A DNA stretch of 64,000 nt from positions 1 through 64,000 of IMG/VR virus record IMGVR_UViG_3300032053_000038; one strand, given 5' to 3'. A program made the translations under genes and the position numbers. The notes under the pieces were generated by a model. That model made no database searches, was not told where the DNA came from, and worked only from the letters and a program-made list of their open reading frames with translations. Source of the DNA: a virus. Below are positions 8,762 through 17,595 of this stretch, one piece after another. Within the stretch, counting starts at the first letter, position 1. Each line of letters opens with the position of its first letter.

Positions 8762-8844
8762 AAAAGAAAAACTCCAGATTACGCGCTGGAGAACCGCGAG
8801 GAGGCAGCCTTGGAGATGGTATTTATGGGCGAGACATAAATACC
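8762..8844 (-). terminator. Double hairpin: 10-bp stem plus terminator-like stem with U-tract
   Basis: GGTATTTATG-loop-CATAAATACC (8818-8844); CTCCAG-loop-CTGGAG followed by TTTTTCTTTT on the minus strand. Confidence 0.65.
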
Positions 8845-8852
8845 GATTAAAC

Positions 8853-9224
8853 TTATACCTTCTTTAGCTTGGAGCGACGAACGCTAACAAGATTGCGAAC
8901 AGCCTTCTCCGTGTTATCGGGGAAAGAGGCTAGAACGTTCTTTACAATATCATCAGTGGCGAGACCATTCTTGAGACCGTCATCCACGATGTTAGACTTC
9001 TTCATCTTCTTCAAAGAAACGGGCTGTACAACTTCAGTTGTGGGGGTGGGTGTTACGTCGGACATTATAATCTCCTTTAATTCGTATTCTGGAGGAACCG
9101 ATATTAGATTCCCTGTTTCACAAGACTTTACAATAACTTTGTTATCAGATTTTTCCACTACTTCAATCTGAACGCCAGATCGAGTGGAATAAGCTCTACC
9201 TATTTCTGATTGTTTTGCTTGCAT
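8853..9224 (-). CDS. Hypothetical protein with basic helical C-domain
   Basis: Leaderless ATG behind promoter motif; internal AAGGAG-preceded ATG (MSDVTPT). Confidence 0.7.
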   Translation of the reverse strand: MQAKQSEIGRAYSTRSGVQIEVVEKSDNKVIVKSCETGNLISVPPEYELKEIIMSDVTPTPTTEVVQPVSLKKMKKSNIVDDGLKNGLATDDIVKNVLASFPDNTEKAVRNLVSVRRSKLKKV

Positions 9225-9228
9225 GAAA

Positions 9229-9257
9229 ATATTACAGTAATCCGACAGAAATCTTAC
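9229..9257 (-). promoter_or_regulatory. Putative phage middle promoter (leaderless)
   Basis: GTAAG-N16-TGTAAT, 6 nt before ATG 9224. Confidence 0.6.
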
Positions 9258-9442
9258 TAGAGTTTTTCTTCTTTACAAAAAGGGCAATAATCTTTTCCAT
9301 CTTTAGCCAGCCAGCCAGCACGAGTAAGAATAACATCAACTATTTTTTTGTCGTGAGCGTCATTCCCATTAATAGAAATTTTAATCTGAATCATGTCTGT
9401 ACAGTCATCACACACAACTTGTAGATAAGGGCCGTCTCTCAT
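9257..9442 (-). CDS. Small Zn-ribbon protein
   Basis: CDDC...GW..DYCPFC. Confidence 0.7.
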   Translation of the reverse strand: MRDGPYLQVVCDDCTDMIQIKISINGNDAHDKKIVDVILTRAGWLAKDGKDYCPFCKEEKL

Positions 9443-9443
9443 A

Positions 9444-9965
9444 TTAATCCCACCAGGTACGAATATATTTATATATGTATTTGTTAAAAAACATAATATC
9501 TTGGTTTCTTAAATAATCTCGGTGTTTATTAATTCTGTTAAACTCGACCTTCTGTACCTCATCCTTTAAATGGGGAATGAAAGTATAACCAGTCACGGGA
9601 TCTTTTTCCATTCTATCAAAAATAGAACCGTACTTCTGAGTATAAAGATCATACTCATAGGTACAGTAGTCGTCTTTAATAAGTCTTTCTAGAATAAGCT
9701 CTACTACCTTCATTCTGCGAGCACATATCTTATTACTAGGAGAAATATCGCAGGTTTCCATGTGATCTCGCATGCGAGAAATCTTATATTTCAAAATTCT
9801 CCAGATACATATATAATCGTAGTCGTAGTCTCCCCAGAGTACTTTCCCCCACTGAAACCATCTAACTAGGAACCACCCTACTCTCCGGAAGAACCATATA
9901 ATATTACGTACACGGTTGGATCTAAAATCGAAGATCGTTTTCATCTTTAATTTTTCGAATTTCAA
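9444..9965 (-). CDS. Hypothetical phage protein
   Basis: Aromatic-rich, WGDYDYDY, ends TWWD. Confidence 0.7.
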   Translation of the reverse strand: MKFEKLKMKTIFDFRSNRVRNIIWFFRRVGWFLVRWFQWGKVLWGDYDYDYICIWRILKYKISRMRDHMETCDISPSNKICARRMKVVELILERLIKDDYCTYEYDLYTQKYGSIFDRMEKDPVTGYTFIPHLKDEVQKVEFNRINKHRDYLRNQDIMFFNKYIYKYIRTWWD

Positions 9966-12651
9966 ATTCGGGTTCAGTCTTATAAATATTTAAACGGCTC
10001 TTCGCGTGCTTCCCTAGATATTTACAGTGATCATCGTAGATATCAACTATGGTCACTCTATTTTTCGTGGGTGTTTTTCTCAAAGCCCTTCCAATTAATT
10101 GTAATGAATCTACAGACGATTGATTTGCTTTGGCGTTAATAAGAACATCTAGGGAGGGGCAATTATGTGCAATTAATCCATTCGCGGATAACGAATGTGA
10201 TTCAGGTAAAGTAACGTCATAAACAAAACCATCATAATGTGAGGTTTCAATAGTCTTAATCGGTACAAAAATATATCCTTCTTCGAAGCTGTAGTGATAT
10301 TTAAATTTTCTCTTACTTGAGGAATAAACATTCATCTTGCATAAACTAGCTAGGTCACTTAAGTAAGGGCCCGATATATTAAGGCCGTAAGTGTTATTAC
10401 TCTTCATAAAAATTATCGACCCATATATACCTTCACTGAGTAGTAAGTCACGAAGCTGCATTATTAATTTTTTAGACTGAGAGACATATCTTATTGTACC
10501 GTTACTGTATTTTTTACAGAAATGGCCGTCTCCCTGTATCATACCTTTAATTAATTGACCTTTACATTCGCGGGATGCCCCGAATACAAATGAAGGAATT
10601 TTCTTATTTACAGTTCTATCAGTGAGACTGTCAAATATATCTTTAAACCAAGATCTATGAAAGCGAATTACGGTACTATTTCCTTTTATAATTTTAATAC
10701 CATTTACTCCAAGAATTCTCTTTCCTAACTGCATAATATCTTTATGATACTCTGTTTCTTTAGTGTGAAATGCAAAAGAAACTCTGCCTTTATCAGCATG
10801 CCCCTCACTAAGAAAAAATCCAAATAATCTATAAGTGTCGGGGTCTTCCAAATCCAGAAATCTATTTGTGGAGGAGTTTTCTCTCAGCCATACCTTTTCT
10901 TTGTCCGACTTAATATTAAATGTTTTTCTTTTCTGAAGCAAAGGAACAATATCTATATTTTTTTCTATGTTCTTTTTAAATATTGGTATCTTGACAGCAA
11001 CTAGATCATTTAATTTTAAATCTTTGGCAAGAATCCATTCTTTTTTATAATGTTTCCAAAACGCATCCTTACAAGAGATAATGGAACATTTATGACAAAT
11101 CGTATATGTCCCTGAATTCTTATAAATACATTCTTTAGAAGGTATCGCTAAAATGGGGTGATTCGGCGTTACTTTGAGGGGTAACATTCCAGCTGCTTTA
11201 ATACTAAAAAGATCCCCTTTATAAGGTTTTTTAATAGTATTATCAACTTTTTCAAATGTACCACTCCCACCTAAAACGTAATCGCCCTTTGAAATATTAG
11301 CAATTTCCTTCACTCCCTGGGAAGTATGTACTAATGTTTCTCCATTAAAACAATCAATTCCTTCTCCGAAGACCGTTGTAGCTATAACAACATCTATCTT
11401 TCTGTCATTTAAATCAGCTAAAATTTGTTTTCGTTCCAACGAATCTATCTGTCCACTAGCGAATCTAACTTTACCGGGAACACACTCTTTGAGCATTGCT
11501 TCTAAAAGTTTGCCGTGTTCAATTCGCGTAACTGCAACTAGTGATGTCTTTTTTGCAGCCATGGCCTTTAGTACGGACTTTATAACAAGCCTATTGCGGA
11601 ATATATTATTTACAACTTGCTGTTCATACATGTGAGGATAACCATATGCGGTGGGTCTACCATGATCAAACTGCCATAAATATATAGTTGGCTTGGATAA
11701 ATAACCTCTGACTATTAAATCGGAAGCGGAAAGATCGACGCACCTAGCTCCAGTGTGAGCATCCAAGAGTATGTCAGCGTTATCCTCTCTAAAAGGTGTT
11801 GCGCTAAATCCTACACGGTAGTAAGCTTTTCCACATTCCCGCATTACCTTATCATAGATGTTACAACTACAATGATGTGCTTCGTCCACAATGACACATC
11901 CAACACGTTCAACAAATTGTTTAATTATCTCAGGCTTAGGAATAACAGTAATGTCATCATCTATATCTTTTACTCCCTTTAAAGAGCCCCCGTAGGCTTT
12001 ATGAATTGTTTGAATCATTCCTACAGTAATTTCTTCAGGGTATACGATGCCACAACCAATCTGCCCTATTTTAACACCTAAACTGCTTTTAAAAGTTTGA
12101 ACTAGCTGATGAAATATATCTTGTTTATGAATAAGCACAAGCGTTGGAATATTTAAACGACCAATTAGTTCAGCTGCAATTAAGCTCTTCCCACCGCCGG
12201 TAGCCACCCTTATCATCCCACGCTGCTTCTTTAAGATGGCATCTACTGCTTCCAATTGGTAGTCTCTAAGACTAATACCAATTAAAGGTATTGACTTACC
12301 TAACGAGGGCTTTTGTCTGAGATCAGACACTTTTAGCTCGACACGATTGTCAGCAGCTACTTCTCTTAAGATTGAAAAGAGTCCCGTGGGAAATGTTAAA
12401 TGTCTTTTATTGAAGAGATGTTTGCGACCATCCCAATGCTTGTTCTGAAACTGTTGTGAAAAGAAAGCGCCCGGTATCTCATATGACATCCTCTGATACA
12501 GCGCCTCCCAAAACAGAACAGGTATTTCACCATTAACCGAGGTCAATACATTTTCTATATAAACGTTACATGTATATATTGGGGGTTGTGGCGGGGGCTT
12601 AGGAGGTTGAATTTCTTTCAGAATTTCCCCTAATTTTATAATCTTTCCCAT
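9922..12651 (-). CDS. SF2 DEAH helicase (UvsW/XPB-like) with intein
   Basis: LRDYQ, ATGGGKS, VDEAHH, GFSATPFRED, GEGID|intein|CPSLD, QLIGRALR. Confidence 0.93.
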   Translation of the reverse strand: MGKIIKLGEILKEIQPPKPPPQPPIYTCNVYIENVLTSVNGEIPVLFWEALYQRMSYEIPGAFFSQQFQNKHWDGRKHLFNKRHLTFPTGLFSILREVAADNRVELKVSDLRQKPSLGKSIPLIGISLRDYQLEAVDAILKKQRGMIRVATGGGKSLIAAELIGRLNIPTLVLIHKQDIFHQLVQTFKSSLGVKIGQIGCGIVYPEEITVGMIQTIHKAYGGSLKGVKDIDDDITVIPKPEIIKQFVERVGCVIVDEAHHCSCNIYDKVMRECGKAYYRVGFSATPFREDNADILLDAHTGARCVDLSASDLIVRGYLSKPTIYLWQFDHGRPTAYGYPHMYEQQVVNNIFRNRLVIKSVLKAMAAKKTSLVAVTRIEHGKLLEAMLKECVPGKVRFASGQIDSLERKQILADLNDRKIDVVIATTVFGEGIDCFNGETLVHTSQGVKEIANISKGDYVLGGSGTFEKVDNTIKKPYKGDLFSIKAAGMLPLKVTPNHPILAIPSKECIYKNSGTYTICHKCSIISCKDAFWKHYKKEWILAKDLKLNDLVAVKIPIFKKNIEKNIDIVPLLQKRKTFNIKSDKEKVWLRENSSTNRFLDLEDPDTYRLFGFFLSEGHADKGRVSFAFHTKETEYHKDIMQLGKRILGVNGIKIIKGNSTVIRFHRSWFKDIFDSLTDRTVNKKIPSFVFGASRECKGQLIKGMIQGDGHFCKKYSNGTIRYVSQSKKLIMQLRDLLLSEGIYGSIIFMKSNNTYGLNISGPYLSDLASLCKMNVYSSSKRKFKYHYSFEEGYIFVPIKTIETSHYDGFVYDVTLPESHSLSANGLIAHNCPSLDVLINAKANQSSVDSLQLIGRALRKTPTKNRVTIVDIYDDHCKYLGKHAKSRLNIYKTEPEFEIRKIKDENDLRF
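10162..11352 (-). mobile_element. Intein with LAGLIDADG homing endonuclease (397 aa)
   Basis: CFNGET start, VTPNHP block B, FGFFLSEGH and IKGMIQGDGH motifs, VYDVT..ANGLIAHN|C end; inserted in helicase motif V. Confidence 0.95.
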
Positions 12652-12656
12652 CTTTT

Positions 12657-12717
12657 ATATTACCTTTTTTCTTAATACTTCTGACACTGTTATACTATAA
12701 GAATTCAATTGTATTAT
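12657..12717. promoter_or_regulatory. Back-to-back putative middle promoters
   Basis: Minus: GTCAG-N16-GGTAATAT, 7 nt before ATG 12651. Plus: GTTAT-N16-TGTATTAT, 6 nt before ATG 12722. Confidence 0.55.
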
Positions 12718-12721
12718 TGTC

Positions 12722-12958
12722 ATGCAAAAATATATTGTTGTTTATATTAAAGCTGTCGCGGGATTTCCTTCGGAAATGAGAGTGCTTTCTTTAAACCCAT
12801 GGAATACGTACCAAGAACTAATTCGTTTTCCATCTGAAGATGCAAAGACGGTCGCTAATTTAATTCTTTCGCATCCTTCTTTGAAGGACAGAGCTGTTAT
12901 TGCCAAGAATAAGACAAAGGCTACTAAACGTAAAAATCTTCGTGCGGTTCGCAAATAA
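12722..12958 (+). CDS. Small basic hypothetical protein
   Basis: Protein-like composition, Lys/Arg tail, promoter motif directly upstream. Confidence 0.6.
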   Translation: MQKYIVVYIKAVAGFPSEMRVLSLNPWNTYQELIRFPSEDAKTVANLILSHPSLKDRAVIAKNKTKATKRKNLRAVRK

Positions 12959-13032
12959 ACGCGATTTAAGCCTATATATGCAAGCTGTTGCCAAGCTGTT
13001 TATGTCGAGAAAATCATCGATAATTGTACCGT

Positions 13033-13209
13033 GTCAGAAAATGTGGCGACGGATTGTATTATTGAGTGCCGCAACATCGCAACATCGCAACATCGCAACA
13101 GCTATAGCTATAGCTATAATAATTTGAATTCAATTGGATTCTTAAATTTATCATCCAATTATAAATTACGGATTATATATCAAAAGATATATAATCCGGG
13201 AAAGCCCGG
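13033..13209 (+). repeat. Candidate replication origin: promoter motif, 4x CGCAACAT, 3x CTATAG, AT-rich tract, 13-bp palindrome
   Basis: Repeats at 13070-13119; CGGATTATATATC-AAAA-GATATATAATCCG at 13169-13198; CCGGG-AAAG-CCCGG. Confidence 0.55.
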
Positions 13210-13240
13210 AACAGAAATCGTAATAGAAAAGGGGAATTAA

Positions 13241-13486
13241 ATGCGTATTTTAAAGGAAATCAAGACGTATCCGATGCGAGGAGATCGTATAACTACCGAG
13301 GATATCAAGATTACCGATAAGATAGTTTGCGATAAGTGTGCGGCCACATTATGGGAAGCATCTCACCCGAGTCATAAGGATTTCTTTTCCTCGACGGCTA
13401 CCTGGGGAAAGAAGCAGCTAGAGGACATTCACCTTTGTTTGGGGTGTTATACAGGTCTAGAGAAGAGCTTTACGGCGAAGGCTTAA
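13241..13486 (+). CDS. Zn-finger hypothetical protein
   Basis: CDKC...HLCLGC; GGGGAA RBS. Confidence 0.75.
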   Translation: MRILKEIKTYPMRGDRITTEDIKITDKIVCDKCAATLWEASHPSHKDFFSSTATWGKKQLEDIHLCLGCYTGLEKSFTAKA

Positions 13487-13487
13487 T

Positions 13488-13874
13488 ATGATAGGTAGGG
13501 AAACCTTTGGTAAGAATAATACTGGTGAGATTAATATTCCGGAAAGTATTATAAGGTTAGCAAAGCGTAGTGCAGATAGGTCGTGTCACCGTTTCAGACT
13601 AGGTGCTGTTATATTTAATGGTCACAATGTAATCGGTAAGGGTTGGAATAATGCTTGCAAAACTCACCCGCGCTCTCCTACCCCGTATAATACTATACAC
13701 GCCGAGTTCGCGGCGATAGCTGATGCCCTCTACAGCGTTCGTGGTTGTGATATTTATGTTCACCGACTATTAGCAGACGGGGCGCCTGGTCTTGCTAGGC
13801 CTTGTTCTAAGTGCTTGAAAATGTTGATTGATGCAGGGGTACGTAATGTTTACTTCAGTATTGAGGGAGAATAA
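13488..13874 (+). CDS. Cytidine/dCMP deaminase-family protein
   Basis: RLGAVI, GWN, TIHAE, ARPCSKC..LIDAGVRNVYFS. Confidence 0.88.
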   Translation: MIGRETFGKNNTGEINIPESIIRLAKRSADRSCHRFRLGAVIFNGHNVIGKGWNNACKTHPRSPTPYNTIHAEFAAIADALYSVRGCDIYVHRLLADGAPGLARPCSKCLKMLIDAGVRNVYFSIEGE

Positions 13875-15162
13875 TCAAGCGGAGTAAATAGTAAGCTACT
13901 AAGAAATCCATTCCATTATAAGTTTCAACAACTTCTTTAATACCTATATCACCATCTAGAGATCTCGGGTCTCGCTGCCAAAAGAAATCTGCGCCTGGTC
14001 TTCGCCAGATAGGGAGTGGTTGTCTCGCTATAGTTTGTTTCTTAGAAAAATATCCCCAAGTAACTTTTGGTATGCTGGGATTGAAAGAATTAATCTTTTC
14101 CACCTTCTGCTTACCTCTATTAAATTCCGTATCAAATTCCCTTAATGTTTTTAGTGATTGCTTTCCCTGTTCCAGGAATTCTTTTTCGGTCGATAGTCTA
14201 TACATTGCATAATAGAAAGGATTTCCATCCCTGTTTGTTTTCTCCCACAGAACATCAAAAGACTTCGTAAGATCTTTAATTAGACCATCATCCTTATCGA
14301 CGAGTCCCTTCTCCGTTGTAAGTAACATTGTAAGACACATGTATGCAAGTACATCTTGATAAAAAGGATGTATCCATAAGAAATGAGTTTCTGGGTGGGT
14401 TAAGGCCCCTCTGTATGCTTTGTGTATCTTGTTATATTCTTCGCGGTAAATAGGCTTTTGTGTTATAGCATACGCTAGAGAAAATAGAGAACATAGAGCC
14501 GCAATTCTAATAGGGGCTGTTAGAAACCCCGGTTTAAGATTACCGAATTTGGGAGTACTTCCATCAGTATTCTTTAATATGTAACCATCTGCAATAAGTT
14601 GATCTGCAAGATCACTTATCATCTGCGTCACTAACGGATTCTTAAGACCTGTATAGTGAAAAGCCCATAGCCCAAATAGATGACCAATTAATGTACTCTC
14701 GCTTACATTATCAATATAAACGTATTCTCCATTAAAATAATACTTTCGGCTAGGATCTTTTGCGTATGGACCATTTATGCTGTCTGAGCCCCTAACTAAC
14801 TTATTAGCTCCACTCAGAGTTTGTAGTTTATTCATTCCGAAAAGAGCTTGGAGTGTTGCTTTCAGGACTAAAGGTTCTGGTTCCTTAACATACTTAAAAG
14901 CACACATCGCAGTGTATACTCCCTGCCATATGCACATATCTCCTAAGTCGTTTCTACTTGCATGCCAGTAGAATTCTCTCTTCGGACCAAATAGCCAATT
15001 TGCTTGAATATCCTTCCAGTAATAGTCAGCTTTGACACGTAGACCCTTAGTATCCGCCTCATCAGTATCCCTAGTAAAAGGGTCAAAGGGACTAAAGCTT
15101 ATGTTGATTTGATCTATTACTGATAAAGTGAGTCCCTTCAAGCAATCCAATAGATGAATCAT
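13855..15162 (-). CDS. Probable alpha/alpha-barrel (glycoside hydrolase/lyase-like) protein
   Basis: D..IWQGVY.A..AFKY, LVRG, DNVSES..GHLFGL helical pattern; fold inferred. Confidence 0.5.
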   Translation of the reverse strand: MIHLLDCLKGLTLSVIDQINISFSPFDPFTRDTDEADTKGLRVKADYYWKDIQANWLFGPKREFYWHASRNDLGDMCIWQGVYTAMCAFKYVKEPEPLVLKATLQALFGMNKLQTLSGANKLVRGSDSINGPYAKDPSRKYYFNGEYVYIDNVSESTLIGHLFGLWAFHYTGLKNPLVTQMISDLADQLIADGYILKNTDGSTPKFGNLKPGFLTAPIRIAALCSLFSLAYAITQKPIYREEYNKIHKAYRGALTHPETHFLWIHPFYQDVLAYMCLTMLLTTEKGLVDKDDGLIKDLTKSFDVLWEKTNRDGNPFYYAMYRLSTEKEFLEQGKQSLKTLREFDTEFNRGKQKVEKINSFNPSIPKVTWGYFSKKQTIARQPLPIWRRPGADFFWQRDPRSLDGDIGIKEVVETYNGMDFLVAYYLLRLIILPQY

Positions 15163-15818
15163 TATAAGGTTACAGGGCCATTAATAGTAGCGTCAACTAC
15201 GACCGTAGTTCTATTATCGAGGTTAAATACTCGAGCCTTCCACTGAGCCGCTAGTAGATTAGCTTTAGCCTTTAGCTCATTTAAGTCAATGTAACTTGTC
15301 ATCTCAGTACCCGCAACAGGAACTTCGATTGAACTATATTTACCTGCTCCGTCTGTTAGAAAATAATGCACCATATAAGAAACACCCGCAGCCATACTAC
15401 CCACAGTTTCAACTCCACCGTTAGCTACACCTAATTTCAAAGGAACAGCAGCTGTTCCCCCTGTTATCACAATAGAGCTAGTTGGGCCTACTGTTTCTGA
15501 TGTAAGAGTATATTGAATCTTAATTGAATCGAAAGCGCAGATAAACTGAGTATAACCTAGAGCTCTAACCAGAGATTGAATATAATCGGCTACCATATCC
15601 CCTGTATGCATTGCATTAACAAGAATAATAGTTTGAGGAATCCCACCATCTACGATCATAGTAAGTGTTGCACCGGCAATTGTGACCGACGCAGCTGTTA
15701 TTGCCGAGATGGACTTTCCCGCTTGCAGAAATGGATTCTCAGTTTTAGTTGTAGCTAAGATAGTATCTACAGGAGCTAAGATAGGACTAATACTTGGATT
15801 GCCATAAGATTGTGTCAT
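15162..15818 (-). CDS. Virion structural protein carrying the sheath-type insertion domain
   Basis: VDGGIPQTI..SSIVITGGTAAVPLKLGVANGGVE shared with 22931, 20546 and 37262. Confidence 0.7.
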   Translation of the reverse strand: MTQSYGNPSISPILAPVDTILATTKTENPFLQAGKSISAITAASVTIAGATLTMIVDGGIPQTIILVNAMHTGDMVADYIQSLVRALGYTQFICAFDSIKIQYTLTSETVGPTSSIVITGGTAAVPLKLGVANGGVETVGSMAAGVSYMVHYFLTDGAGKYSSIEVPVAGTEMTSYIDLNELKAKANLLAAQWKARVFNLDNRTTVVVDATINGPVTL

Positions 15819-15863
15819 TTATTTATTCCTCATTGAGTGTTAAAATTAAAGGTGATAGAGATT

Positions 15864-16595
15864 TTACCAATTATTTCTTAAGTAGAAGTCAATACGATTT
15901 CCTCCCGTATATTTTAATCCACCAGTAAGACCAACTTCTAAATTGAGTAGATGTAAGAAGTTCGGGGTTATATCATCAATATGACGTGTAATACCAGGAC
16001 CAAAATAAACTGGGTTAACTTGAAGAGTCCCAGAATAACGACTCCAATAGACCCACTTCCAGTCTATTAAAGGCATTAGAGGTAAAGTATATCCATTAAC
16101 ACCGAGATTAAGTCCAGGACCTATAATTATACCAGAACCAAATCTAGAAGTAAATCCTTTGTCATGAATAATAACTTCCGGAGGATTATTTATATCCTCC
16201 ATTATTTGGCCAAGCTCCTCTTTAATCTTTTGAATCTCTTCAGGAGTTTTGGCCTCCAGCAACTTTTTAACAAGCTCATTATACTTCTTTATAGCCTCGT
16301 CCCGCTTTTTAGATATAATTTCGATTTTACCTTCGTCGGGAACATATACTGTACGTATTTTTACTTTACCTCGTGCATCTCTTACAGCTTGTTGAAGTTT
16401 TCTGTTTTCAATGACAAACTTAGCTATTACATCATCCGGAAGGCTTCCCGCCATCTCCTGATCTGTTCTGTTTGCAACCTCTTTGTTATATAGATAACTA
16501 AATGCACATGCAAAACAGATAGCGATAACTAGAAGCAGTCGTTCAGTCGTTCTTATATATACTTTTAACGAATTAGTCAGAGCCTGAAATATCAT
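15864..16595 (-). CDS. Membrane-anchored lysis protein, spanin-like candidate
   Basis: N-terminal TM, coiled coil, C-terminal amphipathic beta strands ending in W; follows holin and endolysin. Confidence 0.5.
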   Translation of the reverse strand: MIFQALTNSLKVYIRTTERLLLVIAICFACAFSYLYNKEVANRTDQEMAGSLPDDVIAKFVIENRKLQQAVRDARGKVKIRTVYVPDEGKIEIISKKRDEAIKKYNELVKKLLEAKTPEEIQKIKEELGQIMEDINNPPEVIIHDKGFTSRFGSGIIIGPGLNLGVNGYTLPLMPLIDWKWVYWSRYSGTLQVNPVYFGPGITRHIDDITPNFLHLLNLEVGLTGGLKYTGGNRIDFYLRNNW

Positions 16596-16884
16596 CGGTT
16601 AACTCCAAAGGCTTCGCAGCAGTTCTCATTCCATTCTTCTTTTCAAGATAAGTAGTTACAACATATCCTGTAAATATGACCGATATTAGTCCACCATTAA
16701 TAGTGAGAACGGTATTACCACATTTTTCCGCATAGAAAAGAACTAACCATATACTTGTCCAGACATGTAATGACAGATATACCCAGTTCCAAACGACACG
16801 AAGAGAATGTAAGTCCTTAACAAACGTCTCTATAAGACTATAGCTTCTTTTTCCAAACCATGCAACTACAGAAGAACCTATCAT
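16573..16884 (-). CDS. Putative holin
   Basis: Two hydrophobic segments, charged C-tail, overlaps the endolysin stop. Confidence 0.6.
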   Translation of the reverse strand: MIGSSVVAWFGKRSYSLIETFVKDLHSLRVVWNWVYLSLHVWTSIWLVLFYAEKCGNTVLTINGGLISVIFTGYVVTTYLEKKNGMRTAAKPLELTDDISGSD

Positions 16885-17570
16885 AGCTGACTCCTAAAGA
16901 GATCCATAGACCAAAGATCTCCTGGACAACTTTTCTGTTGCGGTACACTTAAAAGATCAAAAACTTCTCTATGGCCTATTACATCTGCAGCTTCAATATT
17001 ATATGCTGACATAAATGCTCTGGTCAGAGAAAGACAATACTCCCATAACTCCGCAGAAGGAACTGTACTATCAAAGTTACCAATAGCACATAAACCTATA
17101 TGAGTTTTATTGAACTCATTAGAAACTTTAGCTACGGCAGCATGAGCTCCCGCCATACTTAAAGGTCGTCCCCATCTAAAAATGAGTCTATTATCCTCTG
17201 ATTCTACACCACCGTGATAGCCAACTGCCTGCCACGGAGGCTCAAAGAGGTGTCCCTTCCCTTCTTTCTTTAGCCTTTCAAACTCTTCTTTAGTTACGAT
17301 GACACCATCAATTCTATAACTGGTATGATATTTTACAATACCATCCCAATTTTTTGAAACAGGATCATCCTTAGTAGCTGAATGATGCCACACAATCCCT
17401 TTCCAGGAATAAGAAGAATCGATAGCAATATTCAGCATTGGTTTTGTTATTGTATCCCTTACGGCGGGAAGTTGTAACTTTGGGGGAACATAGATACCCT
17501 CGGAAGTAGTATGCCAGTTTCCGTTAGCTAGAGACGCTAGAAGATATTTTAAGCTCTCAAACCATGTCAT
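16881..17570 (-). CDS. Endolysin, N-acetylmuramoyl-L-alanine amidase (Amidase_2)
   Basis: IVWHHSAT, GYH, GAHA, IGLCAIGNFD, VIGHRE, KSCPG. Confidence 0.92.
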   Translation of the reverse strand: MTWFESLKYLLASLANGNWHTTSEGIYVPPKLQLPAVRDTITKPMLNIAIDSSYSWKGIVWHHSATKDDPVSKNWDGIVKYHTSYRIDGVIVTKEEFERLKKEGKGHLFEPPWQAVGYHGGVESEDNRLIFRWGRPLSMAGAHAAVAKVSNEFNKTHIGLCAIGNFDSTVPSAELWEYCLSLTRAFMSAYNIEAADVIGHREVFDLLSVPQQKSCPGDLWSMDLFRSQL

Positions 17571-17595
17571 TTAAAGATACCTCTAGGATTTGTCA

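Noticed and set aside
12742-13240. ORFs 12742-12954 (-), 12900-13127 (+) and 13031-13240 (+)
   Set aside because: They overlap the promoter-supported 12722 ORF or merely translate the short tandem repeats
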